Assembly (NCBI GenBank): GCA_009691305.1
Contig: SICS01000001.1
Span: 1-45,491, forward strand
Direction of reading: 5' to 3'
Source of the DNA: Candidatus Peribacteria bacterium
GTDB taxonomy: Bacteria; Patescibacteriota; Gracilibacteria; Peribacterales; Peribacteraceae
DNA length: 45,491 nucleotides
Both the position numbers and the translations under genes were made by a program. Below are positions 23,985 through 32,863 of the stretch, one piece after another. The notes under the pieces are model-generated. The model was not told the DNA's origin and made no database searches. It saw only the letters and a list, made by a program, of their open reading frames with translations. Each line of letters begins with the position of its first letter. The stretch's first letter is position 1.

Positions 23985-25144
23985 GCGTTATCGTAGTTCA
24001 CCTTCGTCAGGTTGCCATCCTTATCCTTGATGAGTTCGCCCTTGGAATCGCAGAGGAACAGCTTCTTGTTCGTGAAGCGGTCGCAGACGTTGACGAAGTC
24101 CTCTACGGAGATCTCGATCGGCGCGAGCATTTCTTCGATGCTGACGCCCAGGTAGGTCCGCGGGAACTTGCCGTCGTGCATCTGCGTGATGGTCATGGCA
24201 TCGTCGCGGGTGAGCCGTCCGCGGCGCACCTGCATGCAGGCGAGGTCGGTTGCGCGGCCAAACCCGTACTTGAGGAACTTAAAGTAGTCGTGCAACGACA
24301 TAAGCGCGTTATCCAAGTTCTCGTAGTTGCCCAGCGACCCTTCGATATTCTGGTCGTACGTCTTCATCCCATGCGCGCTCGCCAGGAACGCGTTCGTCCA
24401 ACCGTCCCATGGCATGTAGTAGCCCAGGTACAAACCGGTGACGCCCGAGCGAGCGAGTTCCTCGTCCGTCGGGTACGTGTAGTAGATGAGGTCTTTCTTC
24501 TCGATGCCGTCCTGGCCGATGAGGTCGCTGACACGCAGCCCGAGCAGGCCGCCAAACTCTTCCAGCCACCGGCGGTCGAGGACATTCTTCTGCGCATTGC
24601 CCGCGGGGCCGCCGTATTCGTCCTGCGCATTCTCGCCCCAGATGAGGAGAGGGATACCGGTCTGCACGGCGATGCGGACGGGGACTGTGAAGATCGTGAC
24701 GTGCTCCGGCCAGATCAGATCACCCACCTGCTTGAGCGTGATGCGGTTGATCTTGCGGCGCACCTTGGGGTTCACGGTGACTTCGACGTAGTCGACGCCG
24801 AGGTTCTTCAAATTCTGGATGTTGTACCGGCCGATGTCGGTGAGATGGTCGGTCGTCGCCGTGACGCACAGCGGGTTCATGCCGAGCTCGAGCATGCGGA
24901 TCACCTGGTACGTGCTGTCCTTGCCACCGCTCACCGGGACAATGCAGTCGTGTCGGCTGCCGTCCTTGGACCGGTACTTCTCGAGGATCGCTTTGAGCTC
25001 GTTTTTACGCGCATCCCAGTCGACCTCCTTGCGCTGTTCAAAGTGCCGGCACGCACTGCACACGCCCTGATCATCAATGTGAAGATCTGGCTTCGTGGAG
25101 GGCATAATGCACTTCCGGCAGTATTGGAGACGATAGTCAGCCAT
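23981..25144 (-). CDS. N-acetyl sugar amidotransferase (PP-loop; WbuX/PseA-like), set 2
   Basis: YCRKCIMPSTKP..CSAC and IVPVSGGKDS (PP-loop). It is a paralog of 17907-19136. Confidence 0.85.
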   Translation of the reverse strand: MADYRLQYCRKCIMPSTKPDLHIDDQGVCSACRHFEQRKEVDWDARKNELKAILEKYRSKDGSRHDCIVPVSGGKDSTYQVIRMLELGMNPLCVTATTDHLTDIGRYNIQNLKNLGVDYVEVTVNPKVRRKINRITLKQVGDLIWPEHVTIFTVPVRIAVQTGIPLLIWGENAQDEYGGPAGNAQKNVLDRRWLEEFGGLLGLRVSDLIGQDGIEKKDLIYYTYPTDEELARSGVTGLYLGYYMPWDGWTNAFLASAHGMKTYDQNIEGSLGNYENLDNALMSLHDYFKFLKYGFGRATDLACMQVRRGRLTRDDAMTITQMHDGKFPRTYLGVSIEEMLAPIEISVEDFVNVCDRFTNKKLFLCDSKGELIKDKDGNLTKVNYDNA

Positions 25145-25170
25145 ACCCCTCTAGGGTACCATGCGCGGGT

Positions 25171-26049
25171 ATGGAAAAATACACGTCACGCGTGATTCCG
25201 CTGAGCGAGCTCCCCAAGTGGTCCCGGTGGCCCGCGCGGCTCCTAAACCTGGTCGAATGGAAAGTCCCCACGCGCGACGTGGCCAAAGTCGACGAGGAGT
25301 ACGACAAGAACGTCTACCTCCACTGCGTGGAGTATTTCCACAGCCACCCGGGTGCCACGGCCGACGATGTGCGTGCGCAGGAGTTCCGTCTCCCCCGCCC
25401 GCCCGTGTGCGTCTCGCGCAAGAACGTACTGTACGAGATGCCGTCGGAGCACTTGATGACGGTGGATAACGAGATGTTGATCGACCTGCTTCGTCCCTAC
25501 ATGAAGGATGTCGATACGGTGATCGAGCTCGGCTGCGGATACGGCTACAACCTCTACGTGCTGCGGAAAGAGTTCCCGGGCAAGACGTACATCGGCGGCG
25601 AGTACTCGCAGAACGCAGTGAGCCTCGCAGCAGAACTCTATAAAGGAGCTGCCGACCTGCGTATCGAGCAGTTCAACTACTACGATGATACGTACACGAT
25701 GTTCGAGAAGCTTCCGAAGACCGCGAAAGTCCTCCTCTTCACCCGCCACTCGATCGAACAACTCCCGTCGGCCAAGAAGTTCGTCGAGACGGTGATGAAA
25801 TACGCCGACCGCCTCGTGACGGTGCTGCATATGGAGGTCGCGTTTGAGAATAACGGCGATGACCTCCTCGGGATGCTGCGCAAACGGTACGTGACGGCGA
25901 ACGATTACAACCGCGACATCGTCGGGCTGCTCACGGGCCGCACGGACATCGAAATAGTAAGGAATGACCCCGACGAATACGGCGAAAACCCGCTCAATCC
26001 CTCCTCTGTTATCGTCTGGCAGCCGCGGATAAGTGTGGTACGATCGTAG
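25171..26049 (+). CDS. Class I SAM-dependent methyltransferase
   Basis: VIELGCGYGYN is SAM motif I. It diverges from the set-2 amidotransferase, with only 26 bp between the two start codons. Confidence 0.75.
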   Translation: MEKYTSRVIPLSELPKWSRWPARLLNLVEWKVPTRDVAKVDEEYDKNVYLHCVEYFHSHPGATADDVRAQEFRLPRPPVCVSRKNVLYEMPSEHLMTVDNEMLIDLLRPYMKDVDTVIELGCGYGYNLYVLRKEFPGKTYIGGEYSQNAVSLAAELYKGAADLRIEQFNYYDDTYTMFEKLPKTAKVLLFTRHSIEQLPSAKKFVETVMKYADRLVTVLHMEVAFENNGDDLLGMLRKRYVTANDYNRDIVGLLTGRTDIEIVRNDPDEYGENPLNPSSVIVWQPRISVVRS

Positions 26050-26050
26050 C

Positions 26051-27025
26051 GTGAGTATCGATAGCAACACGTCCATCCTCGTCACCGGCGGTACTGGGTC
26101 CTTTGGCAAGAAATTCGTCGACGTCCTGCTGAAGACGAGTAAGCCCCGGAAGATCATCATCTTCAGCCGCGACGAGCTGAAGCAGCACGAGATGCGCGTC
26201 GCAGGGTTCAACGCGCCCTGCATGCGGTACTTCATCGGCGACGTGCGCGACAAAGAGAGACTGCGCCGGGCGATGAACGACGTGGATGTCGTTATCCACG
26301 CAGCAGCGCTCAAGCACGTACCCGCCTGCGAGTATAACCCGATCGAGGCGATCCAGACGAACATCATCGGCGCACAGAACGTCATCAACGCGGCGATCGA
26401 CGCCGGTGTGAAGAAGGTGCTCGCGCTCAGCACCGACAAGGCGGTGAACCCGGTGAACCTCTACGGCGCGACCAAGCTGTGCGCCGAGAAGCTCTTCGTG
26501 CAGAGCAACGCGTACTCGGGCGGCAAAACCATCTTCAGCTGCGTGCGCTACGGCAACGTGGTCGCCAGCCGCGGGAGCGTGGTCCCGTTGTTTGAGGAAC
26601 AGAAGAAGACCGGGACGATCACCCTGACCGACGAGCGCATGACGCGCTTCTGGCTGACGCTCGACCACGGCGTGGGTTTCGTGCTGCACTGCATGGATGT
26701 GATGAAGGGCGGCGAGATCTTCGTCCCCAAGATCCCGAGCGCCAAGCTCACCGACCTGGCTGAGGCCATCGCCCCGGGTACCAAGCGCCTGATGACCGGG
26801 ATCCGCGCGGGCGAGAAGCTGCATGAGTGCTTGCTCTCCGAAGATGAGGCGCGCCACACGGTGGAGATGAAGGACATGTTTGTGATCGAGCCGGAGACGG
26901 CCTCGTGGGGGTACAAGCATCTCGAGGGCCCGCAGCCTAAGGACAACTGGCGCTATAGCAGTGAGACGAACACGGTGTGGCTGACGCCACCGCAGCTGCA
27001 GGAGCTGCTGAAAACCGCTGCGTAA
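26051..27025 (+). CDS. pseB: UDP-N-acetylglucosamine 4,6-dehydratase (inverting), PseB
   Basis: ILVTGGTGSFGKKF..IFSRDELKQ..IHAAALKHVPACEYNP..STDKAVNPVNLYGATKLCAEK..VRYGNVVASRGSV. The GTG at 26051 (TACGAT-N6) is preferred. The ORF-track GTG at 26033 would overlap the upstream gene by 17 nt. Confidence 0.9.
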   Translation: MSIDSNTSILVTGGTGSFGKKFVDVLLKTSKPRKIIIFSRDELKQHEMRVAGFNAPCMRYFIGDVRDKERLRRAMNDVDVVIHAAALKHVPACEYNPIEAIQTNIIGAQNVINAAIDAGVKKVLALSTDKAVNPVNLYGATKLCAEKLFVQSNAYSGGKTIFSCVRYGNVVASRGSVVPLFEEQKKTGTITLTDERMTRFWLTLDHGVGFVLHCMDVMKGGEIFVPKIPSAKLTDLAEAIAPGTKRLMTGIRAGEKLHECLLSEDEARHTVEMKDMFVIEPETASWGYKHLEGPQPKDNWRYSSETNTVWLTPPQLQELLKTAA

Positions 27026-27040
27026 AGCCCCGAATAGTGA

Positions 27041-27046
27041 TAGTCT
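27041..27046 (+). promoter_or_regulatory. -10-like box TAGTCT, 6 nt upstream of the pseC ATG
   Basis: The sequence reads TAGTCT-gggcgc-ATG in the 27-bp pseB-pseC gap. Confidence 0.35.
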
Positions 27047-27052
27047 GGGCGC

Positions 27053-28240
27053 ATGACCCTGGCGCTCAACGGAGGCACTCCCGTCCGCGACTCGCTTTTG
27101 CCGTACGGTCGGCAGACGGTGACCGATGCGGATGTTGCCGCGGTGACGGAGGTGCTCACGTCCGATTGGCTGACGACGGGCCCGGCGGTGCCGGCATTTG
27201 AGGAGGCGTTCGCGTCGTTCGTGCATACGAAACACGCGGTCGCGGTGAACAGCGGCACGGCCGCACTGCACGCCGCGTACGCAGCAGTCGGTATTACAAA
27301 AGGAGATGAAGTGATCGTCCCCGCGATGACGTTTGCAGCCACCGCCAACGCCGTCGCGTACCTGGGCGGCACGCCGGTGTTTGTCGATATTGATCCCGAG
27401 ACGCTCCAGATTGATCCTGCGAGCGTGGAGAAGATGATGACGAAGAAGACGAAAGCGTTCGTCTCGGTCGATTACGCCGGGCAGCCATGTGACTACGTGA
27501 CGCTGAAGGCCATCGCGAAGAAGCACGGCATTCCACTCGTCTCGGATGCGTGCCATGCGCTCGGTGCGACGATGGGAAAGGACCACGTGGGGTCGCTCGC
27601 CGACCTGTCGACCTTCAGCTTCCATCCGGTGAAGCCGCTCGCGACCGGCGAGGGCGGCATGATCACAACGGATAATCCTGAGTGGGCGGAGAGGATGCGG
27701 CACTTCCGCAACCACGGCATCACGACCGATCACCGGCAACGGCAGGAGAAAGGCTCGTGGTTCTACGAGATGCAGGAGCTCGGCTTCAACTATCGTCTCT
27801 CCGACATCCACTGCGCACTGGGCTTGAGCCAGCTGAAGAGCCTTGCGGCAGCGACCAAACGACGCCAGGAGATCGCCGCGATCTACGACAAGGCGTTTGC
27901 GGGGATTGCGGGCCTCACACCACTCGCTAAGCGCCATGGCACAACCCACGCCTACCACCTCTACGTGATCCAGTTGAACTTGGACCAGCTCAAAGCCGAC
28001 CGGAATGCGATCTTCCAGGCGTTGCGGGCCGAGAACATCGGTGTGAACGTCCACTACATCCCCGTGCACTTTCATCCGTGGTACCGAAAGACGTTTGGGA
28101 CAAAGGAAGGCATGTGCCCGATCGCGGAGAAAGCCTTCACGCGCATCCTCTCGCTCCCGATCTTCGGCGCGATGACGGACAAGGATGCAAAGGACGTCGT
28201 CACCGCCTTCGATAAAGTCCTCTCCCACTACGCCCGATGA
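27053..28240 (+). CDS. pseC: UDP-4-amino-4,6-dideoxy-N-acetyl-beta-L-altrosamine transaminase (DegT family), PseC
   Basis: LPYGRQTVTDADVAAVTEVLTSDWLTTGP..NSGTAALH..SFHPVKPLATGEGG (PLP Lys)..FNYRLSD. Confidence 0.88.
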   Translation: MTLALNGGTPVRDSLLPYGRQTVTDADVAAVTEVLTSDWLTTGPAVPAFEEAFASFVHTKHAVAVNSGTAALHAAYAAVGITKGDEVIVPAMTFAATANAVAYLGGTPVFVDIDPETLQIDPASVEKMMTKKTKAFVSVDYAGQPCDYVTLKAIAKKHGIPLVSDACHALGATMGKDHVGSLADLSTFSFHPVKPLATGEGGMITTDNPEWAERMRHFRNHGITTDHRQRQEKGSWFYEMQELGFNYRLSDIHCALGLSQLKSLAAATKRRQEIAAIYDKAFAGIAGLTPLAKRHGTTHAYHLYVIQLNLDQLKADRNAIFQALRAENIGVNVHYIPVHFHPWYRKTFGTKEGMCPIAEKAFTRILSLPIFGAMTDKDAKDVVTAFDKVLSHYAR

Positions 28241-28950
28241 AGATCGTCGCCATCATCCAGGCACGCATGAGTTCCCGTCGGCTCCCGGGGAAGATTTTGG
28301 AAGACATCGTCGGCAGTCCCCTCCTCGCACACGTCGTCCGTCGTGCCGAAGCCGCAAAAGTCTTTGATGCTGTGATTATCGCAACATCAACAGATGCCAC
28401 AGATGATCCCGTGGAGAAGTTCTGCGCATCACAGAAAATCACGTGCTTCCGCGGCGACCTCAATGATGTATTGAATCGATATGTGAGTGCTGCAGCGGCG
28501 TTCAGGGCGGATGTGATCGTCCGGCACACCGCAGATTGCCCCCTCCTGGACCCTGCAGTCATCAAAAAAGTCGTCCAGAGTTTTGATCCGAACACCCTCG
28601 ATTACGCGAGCAATGTGATGCCGAGGACGTACCCCAAAGGACTCGATACCGAAGTGTTCTCTGTCGCCGCGTTGAAGAAAGTGAACGAACTCGCGACGCT
28701 CCCAGCAGACCGCGAGCACGTGACGCTCTACATCCGCAATCACCCCGACGTCTTCCGCATCGGCAGCGTCACGCAGGAACGCGACCTCTCGGCGTTGCGA
28801 TGGACGGTGGATGAGCCCGCAGACCTGGAATTCGTCCGCGCAGTCTACAAAGAGCTGGGTGATGGCATGTTTGGTCAACGTGAGATTCTCGATCTCCTCG
28901 AGCAAAAACCTGAACTCTCCAAAATCAACTCCCACATCCCTAATCCCTAA
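28237..28950 (+). CDS. pseF: SpsF/CTP_transf_3-type cytidylyltransferase, candidate CMP-pseudaminic acid synthetase
   Basis: MKIVAIIQARMSSRRLPGKIL..IATSTDATDD..VIVRHTADCPLLDP. It sits between pseC and pseG, with an ATGA overlap with pseC. Confidence 0.65.
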   Translation: MKIVAIIQARMSSRRLPGKILEDIVGSPLLAHVVRRAEAAKVFDAVIIATSTDATDDPVEKFCASQKITCFRGDLNDVLNRYVSAAAAFRADVIVRHTADCPLLDPAVIKKVVQSFDPNTLDYASNVMPRTYPKGLDTEVFSVAALKKVNELATLPADREHVTLYIRNHPDVFRIGSVTQERDLSALRWTVDEPADLEFVRAVYKELGDGMFGQREILDLLEQKPELSKINSHIPNP

Positions 28951-30299
28951 TGACTTTTCTCTTCCGTACCGACGCGAGCACAGCAATCGGCACGGGGCAC
29001 GTAATGCGCTGTCTGGCGCTGGCGCAGGCAATGCAGGACAGCGGCGCCGATGCGGTGTTCCTCTCCTCAACACTCACGCCGGCATTGGAGAAGCGCCTGC
29101 AGACGGAACATATGCGCACGATGACGCTCACGGCCCCTCCCTATGGAACAGAAGATGCAAAGGAAACTGCAGAGCAGGCAAAAAAACTGGGCGCGGCATG
29201 GGTAGCAATGGATGGCTACAGTTTTAAGCCATCGTATGCAGACGATCTGAAGAGTCATGGGCTCCATGTTCTACAATTTGATGACGGCATTCCGCTCCTG
29301 CGGCGTGAATATCGGCAATGGCAATCATGGACGAGGGAAATCCGCCCCAAAGCCCGCCACATCCTCATCACTCTCGGAGGTTCAGACCCGAAGAATGTCA
29401 CGAGCAAGATTCTGGAAGCCGTGAATGCAATTTCCTCTTCGCTCAAGATCAGCGTCGTCGTCGGCGGGAGCAATTCACATGCAGCAGAGATAGAAAAAAC
29501 AGCAAAAGCATCGCCGCACGAGGTCACAATTTTCAAGAACGTCTCCGATATGGCATCGCTGATCGCAGAGGCGGACATCGGCATTACCAACGGTGGCACG
29601 ACAGCATACGAACTTGCCTTTCTACAGCTCCCGATGATTATTGCCGTCTTGGCAGAGAACCAACGCCCGGTTGCCGCGGCGCTGACGAAGGCGGGATGCG
29701 CCGAGGAATGGACCGGCACTGCATCTCTTGAGAAATTGCTGTCTGATGCAAAGAAACGAGCATTGATGGCCCATACAGGACGCGTGTGCGTGGATGGCGA
29801 CGGCACTGATCGCATCATGATGCGCCTGCTCGATCACAGACTTCGCCTGCGCCCAGTGCGTGACGAAGATTCGGAGTTGATTCTGCGTCTCGCGAACGAT
29901 CCGGAGACGCGCTCGGCTTCATTTTCGACTGCACCGATTACACCGGAGGAGCATCGCGCGTGGTTTACAAAGAAACTTCAGGAGAAAACCACCACGTTCC
30001 TCCTTGCGATTGATGCTGAAGACCAGCCCGTGGGCTCCATCCGCTTTGAAGAGAAACCAGAGGTCACGCTTTCATTTTCACTGGCTCCCGAACACCGCGG
30101 TAAAGGCCTCGGTACCGAGCTTGTACGGCTTGGAACAGAGAAGTATCTGAGAGCTCACCCCAAAGGCATCGTCCACGCATGGGTGAAATCAGCCAATGAT
30201 GGATCTGCCTCGATATTCCGGAAAATCGGCTTCCAGGAGCTTTCTCCGGAGGGCGACGTGCTCCATTTCTCGGTGGATTCCTCTAGAATTCCCTCGTGA
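28950..30299 (+). CDS. pseG: Fusion protein: UDP-2,4-diacetamido-2,4,6-trideoxy-beta-L-altropyranose hydrolase (PseG) + GNAT N-acetyltransferase (PseH)
   Basis: The N-terminus, FLFRTDASTAIGTGHVMRCLALA, is PseG-like. The C-terminal ~150 aa, LRPVRDEDSELILRLAND..PEHRGKGLGTELV, form a GNAT acetyl-CoA motif. Confidence 0.8.
   Translation: MTFLFRTDASTAIGTGHVMRCLALAQAMQDSGADAVFLSSTLTPALEKRLQTEHMRTMTLTAPPYGTEDAKETAEQAKKLGAAWVAMDGYSFKPSYADDLKSHGLHVLQFDDGIPLLRREYRQWQSWTREIRPKARHILITLGGSDPKNVTSKILEAVNAISSSLKISVVVGGSNSHAAEIEKTAKASPHEVTIFKNVSDMASLIAEADIGITNGGTTAYELAFLQLPMIIAVLAENQRPVAAALTKAGCAEEWTGTASLEKLLSDAKKRALMAHTGRVCVDGDGTDRIMMRLLDHRLRLRPVRDEDSELILRLANDPETRSASFSTAPITPEEHRAWFTKKLQEKTTTFLLAIDAEDQPVGSIRFEEKPEVTLSFSLAPEHRGKGLGTELVRLGTEKYLRAHPKGIVHAWVKSANDGSASIFRKIGFQELSPEGDVLHFSVDSSRIPS
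30284..30289 (+). promoter_or_regulatory. -10-like box TAGAAT, 6 nt upstream of the pseI GTG (inside the pseG-pseH coding end)
   Basis: The sequence reads TAGAAT-tccctc-GTG. Confidence 0.35.
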
Positions 30300-31390
30300 G
30301 CGAGATCGTCATCAACGGCAGGAAGGTCGGGCCAAGGCACCCCGTGTACATCATCGCGGAGATGTCGGCGAACCATGGGCAGGACAAGGCACGGGCCATC
30401 GAGATCATCCACGCGATGAAGGAGGCGGGCGCCGATGCGGTGAAGATCCAGACCTACACGCCGGACACGATCACCATCAATTGCTCAAACAAGTACTTCA
30501 CTGACTGCCTGAAGGGCACGCTCTGGGAAGGCAAGACCCTCTACGAACTCTACGGCGATGCATTCACGCCATGGGAGTGGCAGCCGGAGCTGCAGGAGAC
30601 AGCTCAAAGCCTGGGAATGGATTTCTTCTCGTCACCGTTCGATGTGACCGCCGTCGACTTTCTGGAAAAGATGGATGTGCCCGCTTACAAGGTCGCCTCG
30701 TTTGAGATCGTGCACTTCCCACTCATTCGCCGCATCGCCGCGACGGGCAAACCCATCATCCTCTCGACCGGAATGGCGACGGAGAAGGAAATTACCGAGG
30801 CAATCAATGCGGCAAAGGGTTCTCGTGGGATCGCGCTGCTCAAGTGCACGAGCGCGTACCCGGCCAAGATCGAGGATGCCAACCTTCGGACGATCCCCGC
30901 GATGGCGGAGAAGTTTTCTGTGCCCGTGGGCCTCTCGGACCACACGCCGGGGAGCGCGGTGCCTGTGACGGCGGTGACCGTGGGCGCGTGCATCATCGAA
31001 AAGCACTTCGTCCTCGACCGCAAACGTGACAAAGGACCTGATAGCAAATTCTCGATGGAGCCGCACGAATTTAAAGCGATGGTCGACGCCGTCCGCGCGG
31101 CGGAAAAAGATCCCACATCGGCACCGATCGACGAGAAAGCCCTCGGTTCCGTCCACTTCGGCCCGACGGAGGGCGACAAGAAAAGCCTCGCCTTCCGCCC
31201 ATCGATCTTCGTCACGAAAGACATGCAGAAGGGCGACACCTTCACGCCCGAAAACACCCGCATCATCCGCCCCGGCTACGGCGAGCCGCCCGGAGATTGG
31301 GATCAGGTAATGGGACGACGGACGGCACTGCCCATCGAACGGGGTACGCCGGTCACATGGGAATTGCTCAAGACCCAAACCACCCACTGA
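30296..31390 (+). CDS. pseI: Pseudaminic acid synthase
   Basis: YIIAEMSANHGQD..GADAVKIQTYTPDTITI..FSSPFD..PAYKVASFEI..LSTGMAT..LLKCTSAYPA..GLSDHT, plus a C-terminal SAF domain. It has a GTG start. Confidence 0.9.
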   Translation: MSEIVINGRKVGPRHPVYIIAEMSANHGQDKARAIEIIHAMKEAGADAVKIQTYTPDTITINCSNKYFTDCLKGTLWEGKTLYELYGDAFTPWEWQPELQETAQSLGMDFFSSPFDVTAVDFLEKMDVPAYKVASFEIVHFPLIRRIAATGKPIILSTGMATEKEITEAINAAKGSRGIALLKCTSAYPAKIEDANLRTIPAMAEKFSVPVGLSDHTPGSAVPVTAVTVGACIIEKHFVLDRKRDKGPDSKFSMEPHEFKAMVDAVRAAEKDPTSAPIDEKALGSVHFGPTEGDKKSLAFRPSIFVTKDMQKGDTFTPENTRIIRPGYGEPPGDWDQVMGRRTALPIERGTPVTWELLKTQTTH

Positions 31391-32852
31391 GTTCCTTCTG
31401 GATCACCTCACTGTGCGCCCTGCTGTGGTTTTCCGTCTTGAGCAATGAGACATCGACGTGTTCCGGGTCGAGCACACCGTGGATCCGGGTGTCCTCCATG
31501 GCTTTCAGGAAGAGCCGGCACTCGGTGAGCGTGGGTTTCTTGCCTTCGGTGAAGATCGCACGCACGGCGTTCGTGCAGTCCTCCAGGGAATGGATCTTGT
31601 GGACGCCGGGGGCATCTTGATAGAAGCGATGGCCAAACAGGAAGACGGGCTTGCCGCGGAAGAGTGCCTCGCCACCCGCAGTCCCCGTCGCCGTGGCAAC
31701 GGCAGCGCAGTGTTCCCGCAGCGCGAAGGTACTGGCCGAGCGCGAGATCAGACGGACCTTGGGGAGTTCGAGGAAATCTTTGTACTCATCGATGGAGCGC
31801 ACGGTCCACGCGCTCTCCCATGGATGCTCTTTCACGTAGATGAGCACGTCATCGGGCAACGTGGCATTGAGCATGTGTGCCATCAGCACCTGGTCGACGA
31901 ACGCGCCTGCGAGCGGCGTCGTCGCGATCTCGGGCTGGAAGTGCAGCGGCAGGTAGACATACTTCTTGGTGACGTCGGGCTCCACCGCGTGCGCATCGTA
32001 GAAGCGGTTGCGCCCGCGCATGACCACGTTTCGGTTGAGCGTCCCCGCCGCACGCTTCCACCCGGCTGGGGTGCAGTACTGGGCGATGTAGCCGACGAAG
32101 GCGGTCGGCGCGTTCTTGGCGGTACGCTTGAGGGAATTCCAGTACGGGATCCATTGGTTGTAGTACGCGGGTGGGCGTGAACCTTCGACGGCTGTGAGCG
32201 CCGTGTAGCGTTCTTCGTAGGGAGCGCTGAGCGGAACCTTCATGGGATCGGTGACCCCTGCGAACTCCTTCACAAGTTCTTGATAGCGTGCGCCGATCTG
32301 CGGCGGGCCGACTTCCCAGTCATGTTCGAGGAACGAAGTGTCGCGCACAAAGCTCGCGCACTCGAAGAAGAGCACCTTGATGCCCTTTAGTTTGCATAGC
32401 TCGTAGATGACGACGTCCGGGATCTCGTGTGGCGTCCACGCGGAGACGTAGAGGTTGATGCGGTTGCGGTCCAAGTAATCGTTCCAGAAGCGCAGGTGAC
32501 GGAGGTACCAGCGTTTGCGCTGTTGGTACGAGAATTCGCGCTTCCATTCCAGGCGCCAGACGAGCGCCATGAAGATGCACTCGCACTCGCGCATGGATTC
32601 CACCAGCCCTTCATCGAGCGGCGCGAGGGATCCCCAGTCGACGCCCGCGTACTCGCAGCTGCGGATCTTACTGGAGACGAACCACTCTTGCCGCTCCCGC
32701 GGGATTGCGGTGAAGTACTTGGGGTCGACGCCCTTGGAGACGATCGCGGCGAACTCGAACGGGCGAACGCGCAGCACCTCATCCATCGCGTTGTACGCGA
32801 AGTCACAGAAAAACCGGCCGACAATTGCACGGATGGGGGTGGCGGTTGCCAT
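31368..32852 (-). CDS. KpsS-like (Capsule_synth-type) putative NulO glycosyltransferase, paralog 2
   Basis: YVYLPLHFQPE..IYVKEHPWE..ATATGTAGGEALFRGKPVFLFGHRFY. It aligns along its length with 2346-3797. The start is set at the ATG at 32852, just past the ABC stop; the ORF-track start is 32885. Its 3' end overlaps pseI by 23 nt. Confidence 0.55.
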   Translation of the reverse strand: MATATPIRAIVGRFFCDFAYNAMDEVLRVRPFEFAAIVSKGVDPKYFTAIPRERQEWFVSSKIRSCEYAGVDWGSLAPLDEGLVESMRECECIFMALVWRLEWKREFSYQQRKRWYLRHLRFWNDYLDRNRINLYVSAWTPHEIPDVVIYELCKLKGIKVLFFECASFVRDTSFLEHDWEVGPPQIGARYQELVKEFAGVTDPMKVPLSAPYEERYTALTAVEGSRPPAYYNQWIPYWNSLKRTAKNAPTAFVGYIAQYCTPAGWKRAAGTLNRNVVMRGRNRFYDAHAVEPDVTKKYVYLPLHFQPEIATTPLAGAFVDQVLMAHMLNATLPDDVLIYVKEHPWESAWTVRSIDEYKDFLELPKVRLISRSASTFALREHCAAVATATGTAGGEALFRGKPVFLFGHRFYQDAPGVHKIHSLEDCTNAVRAIFTEGKKPTLTECRLFLKAMEDTRIHGVLDPEHVDVSLLKTENHSRAHSEVIQKELSGWFGS

Positions 32853-32863
32853 AGGTACAGTGT

